From assembly GCA_002167285.1 (NCBI GenBank), contig NHDG01000117.1, forward strand, positions 67,133-131,132: a stretch of DNA of 64,000 nt, in the 5' to 3' direction. Of this stretch, positions 43,442-53,231 are shown piece by piece. Source of the DNA: Planctomycetia bacterium TMED53. Its GTDB lineage: Bacteria; Planctomycetota; UBA8108; UBA1146. Within the stretch, counting starts at the first letter, position 1. Each line of letters starts with the position of its first letter. The notes under the pieces were generated by a model. It saw only the letters and a program-made list of their open reading frames with translations, was not told where the DNA came from and did not search any database. The position numbers and the translations under genes are program-made.

Positions 43442-46400
43442 ATGTCGAAACCGCCATCTTTGAAACACTTTTTGGCGATTCTGCTATTGGGTTTATTGGC
43501 CCCAGTCATCACCTCCGAATGGTACTCACCACTGATAGGACTCTCCGCAGGTGAGCCACTTGTCAGGGATGATTCTACTGAGACGCAAATCAAACAAAGA
43601 TACTTCGAAAATCGCGTGCGACCTCTGTTGGAGGAGCGTTGTATTCGTTGTCACGGTCCAGCCATCGGCAAGCAGGAATCGGGCCTCGATCTTTCTCACC
43701 GTGAGGGACTTCTCAAGGGAGGAAGACGCGGAGCTGCGGTGTTACCCGGGAAGCCAGACGAGAGCTTGCTGATTCAGATGATCGAGGGGCATGTCTCCGG
43801 TCTATCGATGCCTCCTGACGATCCCCTCTCCGCTGAAGAAAGAAAAATTCTAAGAAAATGGATCGAGGATGGGCTGGTCGATCCAAGGTTGGCGACGGAC
43901 TCCCATGCTGGCGGTGGAATAGACGGTATTCCCCCTATGGAGAAACGGGGGGATCATTGGTCCTTCCAGCCATTGACTGACCCCGTCGTTCCAAAAGTCG
44001 GAAACCCACAGCAGATTCGCCAGGCGCTGGATGCTTTCATCCTATCTACATTGGAGGAGAAAGGTTGGGGATTTGCTCCCGAAGCAGATCTCTTTACCAG
44101 AGCGAAGCGAGCATCTCATTTGTTGACAGGCTTGCCACTCGATTGGGATCGGTGGCAAATTTTGCTCTCACAAAACGACGAAGAGGCCTTCGACGAATTC
44201 ATCGAAGAACTCCTTGAGTCCGATGCTTTTGGTGAACGCTGGGCACGTTGGTGGCTCGATTTGGCAAGGTATTCAGACTCAAACGGACTCGATGAGAATC
44301 TAGCTTTTGGCGAAGCGTGGAGATACCGGGACTACGTCATTCGCTCATTCAATCAAGATAAGCCTTACGACCGTTTTCTTCTCGAGCAGTTGGCTGGTGA
44401 TTTGCTTCCGGAGCCCACTTCAGAGCAGGAATGGCGAGATCAGAGAATCGCAACAGGGTTTCTTGCGCTCGGCCCAAAGATGCTGGCTGAGCAAGACAAA
44501 GACAAACTCGCTATCGACGTGGTGGATGAGCAATTGGATGTGACTGGCCAAGTATTCATGGGTATGACCATCGGTTGTGCACGTTGTCATGATCACAAAT
44601 TTGATCCAGTCACCGCTCGCGATTACTACGCCATGGCTGGGATTTTTCGTTCGACGAGCAGTTTTGAAAATCTCGACTTTGTTTCACGTTGGCGGGAGGT
44701 CTCTCTTGAAACTCCAAATGAGAAGAAGGTCCGTGAAGATTGGGAGCAGAGACGTTCACAGGTAGAAGATCGGCGAAATAAAAATCTAGATGTCGTCAAA
44801 AAAGATTTTGAAAAAGATCTGATTTCGAAACTCGACAAGCAGTTGGTGGAAGCTGTCGAGTGGGCTTCAGTGATTCCTGGTAAGACTGTGGTTGAAAACT
44901 CTTCGATGTCATTGGGGCTCAATCGAAGCATGTATGGGAATGAAGCGATTCCACTTGCTCATACTGTTCAAGGCGGTGAGCAACAGGTGACTTGGGACTT
45001 GGAGGTTCTTCAAGAAGGGCTTCATGAGATTCAGGTCCGCTACACCGCTCTAGAGTCTCGACCTATGAAGTTGTACCTCAATGGTGAAGTTTTGGTCGAG
45101 GCGGCACTTGGCGAGACAACAGGTACCTGGGGCCTCGAAGGGTTACGTTGGCAATCCGTCGGAAGCTTCGAGTTCAAAGCGGGTGTGCAACAGTTCAAGT
45201 TGGTCGGTGGTAGCGCAGTTCCTCATCTCGATCGCATTCGATTGCTTCCAAAGAAGGAGCCGGATGCTCAAGACTGGGAGCAGGGAGTTCTCGCTTGGGT
45301 CGATTATTTACAACGGCCTTCGACTCTCGAAGATCCTTTGTGGGGGGCATGGGCTCATCGTGCTCTCAAAAGAAGCTCAGAGCCGGTCCATCGGCAACAA
45401 GAAGATTTCCTCGGTTCTGATCGGCGTCAGCATTTGGCCCCAGAGGTACTTCAGATCCTTGGTGAATCCATCGGTGGGACTCTCGGAGAAATCTCCTCAT
45501 TGTGGAAGACTCTCCTGATCCGCGCCGAAGAGGGGGGCGATTCTAAAGCTTTGGTGGAAGTTCTTAACAAGGTCAGGGGAGTTTCAGGTCCTTGGTATGA
45601 AATCCTCGAAAACTCAGCACAGCATGCTCCTCCACAGTTAAGAGTGGAGTTGGATAACGATCAGAAAAAGTTGCAAGAGTTGGATCAAATCAAGCCACAA
45701 GAAGCTCCGCGGACTCTAGGTGTTCAGGATTCCGATGCGGTGAATTTGCCGATTCACATCCGAGGCAGCCATCTGCGATTGGAGAAGGAGCCGACTCCCC
45801 GCGGTGTCATGTCGGTGATCGCGAACAACTTTTCTCCTCCTAGCATTCCTGACGATTCAAGTGGGCGATTGGAGTTTGCGCAATGGCTGCTACATCCGGA
45901 GCATCCATTGACGGCAAGGGTCATCGTGAATCGTGTTTGGCTTGAACTGTTTGGTGAAGGCCTCGTCAGTTCGCCATCTAATTTTGGCTTACGGGGAGAC
46001 AGTCCCAGTCATCCAGAGTTGCTCGACCGATTGGCTCGAGACTTCATCGCTGATGGTTGGTCCATCAAAAGGTTGATTCGGAAAATCCTCGATAGCACTG
46101 CCTGGCGTCAGCAGGTGGTGAGTCGGCCGGAGTACATGCTCGAGGATCCAGAAAATCGATTGTTGTGGAGTCAGAATCGGCAGCGCCTGAGGGCAGAGGC
46201 GGTCAGGGATTCAGTTTTACAAGTGAGTGGGCAACTGGATAGGAAGATGGGCGGGACGCTGCTGATGACCCCTAATCGGGGGTACGTCACCAATGATCAG
46301 TCGAATAATCAAGCTCGGTACGACCTGCCCCGTCGATCGATCTACCTTCCGGTGATTCGCAATGCGATGTACGAGTTGTTCAGCGCCTTCGACTACAATG

Positions 46401-46738
46401 ACCCTTCCATTCATATCGCGAGAAGGCCCTCCACCGTCGTCGCTCATCAAGCGCTCTATTTCCTCAATTCTCCGATGGTGATCGAAGCTGCGGGAATGGT
46501 TGTCGATGAGGTTCTCAAAGAGACGGAAGATGAGAATGCCCGAATCGATGCCTGCTATCGGCGGATTCTTTGTCGTCATGCGACTGAATCCGAATTGGAG
46601 AGGGCGTCATCGTATTTTGAAAAGGTGCGGCAGTGGCGATCGGATCTCGAAGCGCCTGATGAGATTTCGGATCAACAAGTGTGGCACAGTTTTTGTCAGA
46701 CCCTGCTCGCTTCGAGCGAGTTTTTGTACCTTGATTAA
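43442..46738 (+). CDS. PSCyt1 / DUF1549 (PSCyt2) / DUF1553 (PSD1) domain protein with a heme-binding CxxCH motif (1098 aa)
   Basis: Signal peptide. RCIRCHGP...MPP (planctomycete cytochrome c domain). DUF1549-like LLTGLPLDWDRW...WLDLARYSDSNG. GCARCHDHKFDP. The C-terminal region is DUF1553-like. Confidence 0.9.
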   Translation: MSKPPSLKHFLAILLLGLLAPVITSEWYSPLIGLSAGEPLVRDDSTETQIKQRYFENRVRPLLEERCIRCHGPAIGKQESGLDLSHREGLLKGGRRGAAVLPGKPDESLLIQMIEGHVSGLSMPPDDPLSAEERKILRKWIEDGLVDPRLATDSHAGGGIDGIPPMEKRGDHWSFQPLTDPVVPKVGNPQQIRQALDAFILSTLEEKGWGFAPEADLFTRAKRASHLLTGLPLDWDRWQILLSQNDEEAFDEFIEELLESDAFGERWARWWLDLARYSDSNGLDENLAFGEAWRYRDYVIRSFNQDKPYDRFLLEQLAGDLLPEPTSEQEWRDQRIATGFLALGPKMLAEQDKDKLAIDVVDEQLDVTGQVFMGMTIGCARCHDHKFDPVTARDYYAMAGIFRSTSSFENLDFVSRWREVSLETPNEKKVREDWEQRRSQVEDRRNKNLDVVKKDFEKDLISKLDKQLVEAVEWASVIPGKTVVENSSMSLGLNRSMYGNEAIPLAHTVQGGEQQVTWDLEVLQEGLHEIQVRYTALESRPMKLYLNGEVLVEAALGETTGTWGLEGLRWQSVGSFEFKAGVQQFKLVGGSAVPHLDRIRLLPKKEPDAQDWEQGVLAWVDYLQRPSTLEDPLWGAWAHRALKRSSEPVHRQQEDFLGSDRRQHLAPEVLQILGESIGGTLGEISSLWKTLLIRAEEGGDSKALVEVLNKVRGVSGPWYEILENSAQHAPPQLRVELDNDQKKLQELDQIKPQEAPRTLGVQDSDAVNLPIHIRGSHLRLEKEPTPRGVMSVIANNFSPPSIPDDSSGRLEFAQWLLHPEHPLTARVIVNRVWLELFGEGLVSSPSNFGLRGDSPSHPELLDRLARDFIADGWSIKRLIRKILDSTAWRQQVVSRPEYMLEDPENRLLWSQNRQRLRAEAVRDSVLQVSGQLDRKMGGTLLMTPNRGYVTNDQSNNQARYDLPRRSIYLPVIRNAMYELFSAFDYNDPSIHIARRPSTVVAHQALYFLNSPMVIEAAGMVVDEVLKETEDENARIDACYRRILCRHATESELERASSYFEKVRQWRSDLEAPDEISDQQVWHSFCQTLLASSEFLYLD

Positions 46739-46764
46739 GGCAGCAATATGATGAAGGCGGCAAT

Positions 46765-48180
46765 GTGATCATTCAGCCAGGACAATCTGCGCCTGCAGGC
46801 CTCTCTCGAAGAAGTTTACTCAAGGGGTGTTGCGCAGGGTTTGGTGCGTTGGCTTTAGAGGGCCTCTTGGGTACCTCCAAGCTCTTCGCCGACCTTCCTG
46901 GGGGCCCACACCATACTCCGCGGGCCAAGCGGGTGATCTTCCTCTTTATGCACGGTGGCCCTTCTCAGGTAGATACCTTCGATTACAAACCGCGATTGAT
47001 TCAGGATCATGGCAAGCCCTTGTCGATTCCTTTGCCGAGGGTGACTTTTGCCGAGCCAAGCCAATATGGGGGAGTGTTGAGATCCCCTTGGGAGTTTAGT
47101 CGTCACGGTGAGTCGGGAATGTGGGCCAGTACCCTTTTTCCCCACGTCGCCGAAATGGTCGATGAGCTGTGCTTCGTCAAAAGCCTCCATGGCACCAATG
47201 ACGCCCATGGGGGAGCGCTCTTAGCATTGCACACCGGGAGTGACACCTTCGTGAGGCCGAGTATGGGAAGCTGGATCCAATACGGGCTTGGCGAAGAAAA
47301 CTCCAATCTCCCTGGTTTTATCACCATATGCCCGACTCTTGGGCATGGCGGGGGCAACAATTGGTCGAGTGGGTTCCTTCCTGCACGTTATCAGGGTACT
47401 CCCATCGGGCATGCCGGGATCAAAGCCCGAGAAGCGACGATCCACCATTTAAAAAATGAACATTGGAATGCAGGGCTGCAACGGATGCAGTTGGAATTGC
47501 TCGAGGATATTAACCTGGAGCACCTTGGCCAAAGGGAAACAGACGATGCTCTCGAGGCACGGATTCGTTCATTTGAGCTCGCGTTTCAGATGCAAACAGA
47601 AGCTCCAGAGGTGATGGATCTCTCTGGGGAAACTGCAACGACATTGGAAATGTATGGCATCGATGAAGAACCTACTGACAACTTCGGTCGGCAGTGCTTG
47701 ATGGCTCGTCGATTCGCCGAGTCGGGAGTTCGATTTATTCAGTGCACTCACTCCTACAAATGGGACCAGCACACCAATCTAGAGCGAGACCATTCAAAAA
47801 ATGCCAGGGAAGTTGATAAGCCGATCGCAGGCTTGATCAAGGATTTGAAGAGTCGGGGTCTTCTGGAGGACACCCTCGTTCTATGGGGCGGAGAATTCGG
47901 ACGCACGCCGATGGCTCAGGATGGAACTGGAAGGGATCATAATCCTCACGGTTTCACGATGTGGATGGCGGGTGGTGGAGTTCGTAGTGGTTTCTCCTAT
48001 GGAGAGACCGACGAATTCGGTTATCACGCAGTTATCGACAAGGTCCATGTCCATGATCTTCATGCGACGATTTTGCACCTCCTGGGAATCGATCATGAGA
48101 AACTGACTTATAGATACGCCGGCAGGGACTTCCGACTGACGGATGTCCATGGCCGGGTGGTCCACGAAATCATCGCCTGA
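46765..48180 (+). CDS. DUF1501 domain protein (sulfatase-fold) with a twin-arginine signal
   Basis: SRRSLLKGCCAG.. Tat motif. GRDHNPHGFTMWMAGGGVRSGFSYGETDEFG is the typical DUF1501 C-terminal pattern. Confidence 0.9.
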   Translation: MIIQPGQSAPAGLSRRSLLKGCCAGFGALALEGLLGTSKLFADLPGGPHHTPRAKRVIFLFMHGGPSQVDTFDYKPRLIQDHGKPLSIPLPRVTFAEPSQYGGVLRSPWEFSRHGESGMWASTLFPHVAEMVDELCFVKSLHGTNDAHGGALLALHTGSDTFVRPSMGSWIQYGLGEENSNLPGFITICPTLGHGGGNNWSSGFLPARYQGTPIGHAGIKAREATIHHLKNEHWNAGLQRMQLELLEDINLEHLGQRETDDALEARIRSFELAFQMQTEAPEVMDLSGETATTLEMYGIDEEPTDNFGRQCLMARRFAESGVRFIQCTHSYKWDQHTNLERDHSKNAREVDKPIAGLIKDLKSRGLLEDTLVLWGGEFGRTPMAQDGTGRDHNPHGFTMWMAGGGVRSGFSYGETDEFGYHAVIDKVHVHDLHATILHLLGIDHEKLTYRYAGRDFRLTDVHGRVVHEIIA

Positions 48181-48202
48181 ATAGTGATCGGATCATCGAT
48201 GA

Positions 48203-48239
48203 GAAAGGGCCCCTCACGTCAAACGTGAGGGGCCCTTTC
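48203..48239. terminator. Bidirectional terminator hairpin between convergent genes
   Basis: gaaagggcccctcacg (48203-48218) pairs with cgtgaggggccctttc (48224-48239), a perfect 16-bp stem. Confidence 0.8.
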
Positions 48240-48260
48240 CGATGAGATCGCTTTCGATAA

Positions 48261-48845
48261 CTACCAGTTGATACCGGTCATTACCGAGAAATTCGAGCGA
48301 TCAGCGATTCCGTCATAGGTGGAGAATCGGTAGTTGAGTCCCAAGTGAGCGTTGTCACCCAGATGCAAAATTGCACCGGTGTGAAAGTAAACGCCGCTTT
48401 CGTCAGCGGAGAAATCGTACTCGCGTACCTTCAGTTGGGAAATGCCGCCTCCGCCGATCAGTGAAAATGGAGTGAAGGGTAACTCTGCAGTCACACGTCC
48501 ACCGAGGAAGACTTCAGCGTTATCGACTTCGCCAAGGTCGCCGTTGTCTTCGGTGGCATTCAAGTACCCGATCTCTGGAGCGATGTACCACTCGCTGGGA
48601 CGGGCGCTGACCCACAAACCAAATCCATCGACGTCATTGAGGTTTTGCGGATTCTCTTCGTAGTCACCGTAGGTGCCATAGATGACACTGACTTGACCTG
48701 TGTAAGGTTTTTCGATGGGCTGCTCGACTCCCGAGAAGGGAGATTTTGCATCGGGGCGAAAACGAATCACGTCCTCATTGCCCGCACATCCGGCGAGGTA
48801 AACGAGACAGATGAGGGCGATTCCAACGGTCTTGAGACTGGACAC
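48261..48845 (-). CDS. Small outer-membrane beta-barrel lipoprotein (OmpW/OmpX-size)
   Basis: Signal with lipobox LAGC. Alternating strands. C-terminal ...VMTGINW ends in an aromatic residue. Confidence 0.6.
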   Translation of the reverse strand: MSSLKTVGIALICLVYLAGCAGNEDVIRFRPDAKSPFSGVEQPIEKPYTGQVSVIYGTYGDYEENPQNLNDVDGFGLWVSARPSEWYIAPEIGYLNATEDNGDLGEVDNAEVFLGGRVTAELPFTPFSLIGGGGISQLKVREYDFSADESGVYFHTGAILHLGDNAHLGLNYRFSTYDGIADRSNFSVMTGINW

Positions 48846-48958
48846 TTAGGGTCTCCAATTCTTCCAGGGGCTCGGTGCCATCAACGACACCATCTGGCAT
48901 CGGAACAGACTTTGAACGCAGGGTCACTGCAGTTTCGACTCTGTTCCCTTGGACTCAA

Positions 48959-48984
48959 TGATTGACTCACTCTTTGATTGACTC
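48959..48984. repeat. Direct repeat tgattgactc x2 separated by 6 nt
   Basis: Copies at 48959-48968 and 48975-48984. A related ttgactc occurs at 49202. Confidence 0.7.
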
Positions 48985-49706
48985 TCGGACGATCTGCAAC
49001 TCCGGGATTCGAATTTCGGGGAAACTCACGGACATCCCAAGTTCAGCAGAAGTGCGGGATTCTAGACCGTTGATCGCAGAGCGGCAAGGGTCCCGGGGAT
49101 GGCTTTCTTGGCATTCTCACCAGGCTCAGTAGGGCTGGGGTCCCCGGGAAGGGGGAAAGATCTCCAATGAGGGGGGGGGAAATGTCGATTGTGGGGCTTT
49201 CTTGACTCTGAACAGGGATCTTTTACGATCACGGGTTGACGGATCATTCCGCAGGAGTCCTGTCAGCCCCAGAGTGCCGGATACGGCGGCCCAGGTCGTT
49301 TTTCACGGATTCTTGGATTTTGGTGACGTGTTCGGTATTTCCTTCGCCATCAGATTTTGTCGGAGGTATCGAAAGTTCCAGTCCAAGTCCTCGATTTGGG
49401 AGTCTGTAGTTTTTGGCTCTTGGGGAGAATTTGGTGTTCAGGAGGTGTCCCATGCTCCTGTTCCACGGAACTCAAAATTTAGGTGCTCGGTTTGGTTGGA
49501 CCCCAAATTGATATGAATCGATTTGGGTGAGCTTGATCGTCGGCTGGGAAATGGGTCCAACCGATGAAATAGTTCAGTTTGTTTTTCCGACCATTGAATC
49601 AGTGCTCTGCTTTGTGTGGGCAGTTTGCTGGTATGGCGAGTGCGAAGTGTGTGCGGCGTGAATTCTGTCCTCGATTGAATCGTAGCCCTGCAAGGGAAGG
49701 CCACGC

Positions 49707-51407
49707 ATGAAGAAAAAAGTCGGAGAAATTCTGCGCGAAAAGGGTTGGGCCAGCGAAGAGCAGATTGATAAGGCTCTTGCTTATAGTAAAGCGGAGAACT
49801 GCCGGTTGGGAGAAGCTCTTCTCAACCTTGAGCTCTGCACCCAGGAGCAGATCACCAGAGCCCTTGCCATTCACCACCAGCTTCCCTTTGCCAATCTTGG
49901 TAAGCATGTGATCGCCCAGGAAATTATCGATCTCGTTCCCAAGGAAGTCGCTATCGAGAACCAGATCATTCCGGTAGCAAAAAAGGGTGAGCGTCGATTG
50001 GTGGTGGCGATCGGCGACCCAGACGATTACGCATTCAAGCTCGACAACATCCGCTTTATTCTCGGCCTCGATCTCGATTGTGCCCTGGCGATGCCGGATG
50101 CTGTCGAGGAGGCTCTCGACGATTACTATCGCCTTGCGGGGGGGTATGACTCGGTTCTGGGTGAAGACGCCGGATCTGACGACGACGTCGAGTTTGGGCG
50201 CGGTGATTACGCAGGCGACGATTCCGACGCCAACGATGCTCCGGTGATCAAGCTGGTACACATGATCATCGCTAATGCGCTCAAGGCAGGGGCCTCGGAT
50301 ATTCACGTCGAACCGATGGAGCACCATCTTCAGGTGCGGTACCGGATCGACGGTGTTTGCCAGGTGATGGATTCACCGCCCAAAAAACTGCAGGGTCCCG
50401 TCCTCTCCAGGGTCAAGATCATGGCTCGAATGGACATGGCTGAAAAACGTAGGCCCCAGGACGGTCGTATCAAGATCAAAATCCAGGGTAAAGAGATCGA
50501 CCTTCGTGTGTCAGTGATTCCTACGGTTCATGGCGAGAGCATCGTCATGAGGATTCTCGATAAAGACGCCGGGCTGGTCGATCTGGAGAAGCTGGGATTC
50601 CACGAAGGTGACCTCAAAAGGTTCAACCGCATCATCAAGCGACCGAATGGAATCTTCCTCGTCACCGGACCGACCGGTTCAGGTAAGACGACGACCCTTT
50701 ACTCAGCACTGATGAACTTGAACAAGCCTGACACAAAAATCATTACCGCGGAGCACCCGATCGAATACAACCTCACCGGTATCAACCAGTCCGAGGTGAG
50801 ACACGAGATCGGGCTCGACTTCTCGCGGATCCTTCGAGCGATGATGCGTCAGGCGCCCAATATCATTCTCGTTGGTGAGATTCGAGACCGGGAAACCGCA
50901 GACACCGCGATTCAGGCGGCGCTGACAGGCCACTTGGTCTTCTCGACCCTTCACACCAATGACGCACCTTCTGCGCTGACGCGACTGATCGATATGGGCG
51001 TGAAGCCCTTCCTCGTCGCTTCAGCAGTGCTTTCCATCATGGGACAGCGCTTGATACGTAAGCTCTGCTCCGAGTGCAAGGAGCCTTACGAGCCGGCTGA
51101 GACAGAGTTGCGCATGATCGGCCTGACGATGGCAGAAGTTCAGGGGCAAGAGATCTTCAGGCCTGTGGGGTGTGCAAAGTGCTCCGGCGGCTACAAAGGT
51201 CGACTCGGAATTTACGAGCTTCTTGAAATGTCGGGAGACCTTCGCGATCTGACCTTCAAAAAGGCGGTTTCGAAAGATCTCAGGAACAAAGCGCGCAGCG
51301 AGGGAATGGTGACTCTGCAGGAGGACGCCGTCAGAAAGCTGCTTGCAGGAATTACCTCCGTTGAGGAGATCCTCCGTGTGACGCACTCCTCGGAGTTTGC
51401 CGGATAA
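49707..51407 (+). CDS. GspE/PilB-family secretion/pilus assembly ATPase with an MshEN-type N-terminal domain
   Basis: Walker A GPTGSGKTTT, Walker B IILVGEIRD, His box TGHLVFSTLHTN, tetracysteine CSECK...CAKC. The N-terminus has VGEILREKGW..EQIDKAL and RLGEALLNLEL..EQITRAL. Confidence 0.9.
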   Translation: MKKKVGEILREKGWASEEQIDKALAYSKAENCRLGEALLNLELCTQEQITRALAIHHQLPFANLGKHVIAQEIIDLVPKEVAIENQIIPVAKKGERRLVVAIGDPDDYAFKLDNIRFILGLDLDCALAMPDAVEEALDDYYRLAGGYDSVLGEDAGSDDDVEFGRGDYAGDDSDANDAPVIKLVHMIIANALKAGASDIHVEPMEHHLQVRYRIDGVCQVMDSPPKKLQGPVLSRVKIMARMDMAEKRRPQDGRIKIKIQGKEIDLRVSVIPTVHGESIVMRILDKDAGLVDLEKLGFHEGDLKRFNRIIKRPNGIFLVTGPTGSGKTTTLYSALMNLNKPDTKIITAEHPIEYNLTGINQSEVRHEIGLDFSRILRAMMRQAPNIILVGEIRDRETADTAIQAALTGHLVFSTLHTNDAPSALTRLIDMGVKPFLVASAVLSIMGQRLIRKLCSECKEPYEPAETELRMIGLTMAEVQGQEIFRPVGCAKCSGGYKGRLGIYELLEMSGDLRDLTFKKAVSKDLRNKARSEGMVTLQEDAVRKLLAGITSVEEILRVTHSSEFAG

Positions 51408-51454
51408 ATCCAGAATCAAATCGGTGCCGCCCCGTGATGGCGGTGAGGTGAGAA

Positions 51455-53164
51455 ATGGCCATTACATCCCAGCCACTCGGACAAATCCTCAAGGAGATGG
51501 GGAAGATTTCCGAACTGGACATCCAGGAAGCGCTGCAAATCCAGAAGCAAAAGGGTGGCGCCATCGGACAGATTTTCGTCGACAAAGGGCTCGTCAATGA
51601 TGACGACATCCGCTTGGCTATCGCTCGTCAGTCGGGCATGGAGCCGGTCGATCTTTCCGAAGTCGTCATGACCGCAGATTTGCTCGATATGGTTCCTGCC
51701 CATGTGGCTGAAACTTATCAGGTAATCCCTGTCGATTTTGATGGCAGCGTGCTGACCCTTGCTTTGGCTGATCCACAAAATGTGAGCGCACTCGACGACA
51801 TGAAGTTCATGCTCAATGTGGACGTCAAAGGTGCTCTCAGTGATCCCGCCGCGGTGGAAGCTGCTCTCGAAAAGTATTACTCCGACAGAGGAGAGTCGAT
51901 GGAGAGCCTCCTTGGCTCCATGGACAGTGGCGAGATGGAAGTGATGGATGACAACCGTCACGAGATGATGGATATGGATCAGCTGGAGAAGGATGTCAAC
52001 GCGGCGCCTGTGGTCAAGTTGTTGAACATGGTGCTGTTGTCCGCGATTAAGGACAGGGCTTCCGATATTCACCTCGAGCCTTTTGAGAAAGAGTTCAAGA
52101 TCCGCTACAGGGTTGACGGTGTGCTTTACGAAATGATGCCACCGCCGATTCAGTTGGCACGGGCAGTCATCTCCAGGGTGAAGGTGATGTCGAACCTCGA
52201 CATTGCTGAGACCCGCTTGCCACAGGACGGAAGGATCGAGTTGAACATCGCCGGTCGTCCCGTCGATTTGCGTGTTTCGACTTTGCCGACGATGTACGGG
52301 GAATCGGTCGTGATGAGGGTTCTCGATAGGGGGCAGGTATCCCTCGATCTGGAAAACATCGGTTTGCGTCCCAAGGATCTCGACACGATTCGTAAGCTGA
52401 TCATGAAGCCGAACGGAATTATTCTCGTGACTGGTCCGACCGGTTCGGGCAAGACGACGACCCTCTATTCCTGTCTGAATGAGGCGAATAATCCGGAAAC
52501 CAAAATCATCACCACCGAAGACCCGGTCGAATACAACATCGATGGAATCGTCCAGATCCCCATCAATGAAGATATCGGGGTGACCTACGCTGCTTGCCTG
52601 CGAGCAATCCTGCGTCAGGACCCGGACAAGATTCTCGTCGGTGAGATTCGTGACTTGGAAACAGCACAGATCGCGGTCGAGGCGAGCCTCACCGGTCACA
52701 TCGTGTTCTCCACACTTCACACCAACGATGCGCCTTCCTCGGTGATTCGATTGGTCGACCTGGGCGTTGAAGCTTTCCTTCTGACTGCGACCGTCGAAGC
52801 GGTCGTCGCGCAGCGCCTGGTGCGTCGTGTTTGTACCGGCTGTAAAGAGGAGTACGAACCCACCGACGACGTCTTGATGGAGCTCGAGTTGACCCGATCG
52901 GATGTTCAGGGCCGTACCTTCTTCTACGGAAAAGGGTGCAAGGACTGCAATGGATCCGGTTACAAGGGCCGAATTGCGCTCTTTGAAATCATGATGATGT
53001 CGGATCGAATTCGCGACATGATCATGGATGGGGCGAGTACCCAAGAATTGCAAAATACGGCACGTGAGGAGGGTATGCAGACTCTTCGAGATGCCGGACT
53101 GATTCACATTTACGACGGTGTCACCACCATTGAAGAAGTCGTCAAGGAGACCATCGTCAGTTAG
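51455..53164 (+). CDS. GspE/PilB-family ATPase, second paralogue, with an MshEN-type N-terminal domain
   Basis: GPTGSGKTTT, ILVGEIRD, TGHIVFSTLHTN, CTGCK...CKDC. The N-terminus has LGQILKEMGK..LDIQEAL and AIGQIFVDKGL..DDIRLAI. Confidence 0.9.
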   Translation: MAITSQPLGQILKEMGKISELDIQEALQIQKQKGGAIGQIFVDKGLVNDDDIRLAIARQSGMEPVDLSEVVMTADLLDMVPAHVAETYQVIPVDFDGSVLTLALADPQNVSALDDMKFMLNVDVKGALSDPAAVEAALEKYYSDRGESMESLLGSMDSGEMEVMDDNRHEMMDMDQLEKDVNAAPVVKLLNMVLLSAIKDRASDIHLEPFEKEFKIRYRVDGVLYEMMPPPIQLARAVISRVKVMSNLDIAETRLPQDGRIELNIAGRPVDLRVSTLPTMYGESVVMRVLDRGQVSLDLENIGLRPKDLDTIRKLIMKPNGIILVTGPTGSGKTTTLYSCLNEANNPETKIITTEDPVEYNIDGIVQIPINEDIGVTYAACLRAILRQDPDKILVGEIRDLETAQIAVEASLTGHIVFSTLHTNDAPSSVIRLVDLGVEAFLLTATVEAVVAQRLVRRVCTGCKEEYEPTDDVLMELELTRSDVQGRTFFYGKGCKDCNGSGYKGRIALFEIMMMSDRIRDMIMDGASTQELQNTAREEGMQTLRDAGLIHIYDGVTTIEEVVKETIVS

Positions 53165-53231
53165 GGAATCATCGAATAGGATGTGATCCCACCGGAGAGA
53201 GAACTCCGGTTCAGATAAAGGAGCAGCCCAA

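Noticed and set aside
49599-50327. 242-aa minus-strand ORF overlapping the 5' part of the first PilB-like gene
   Set aside because: It is antisense to a well-supported gene and has no motif. Its 3' part runs about 100 nt into the non-coding spacer upstream of the gene.
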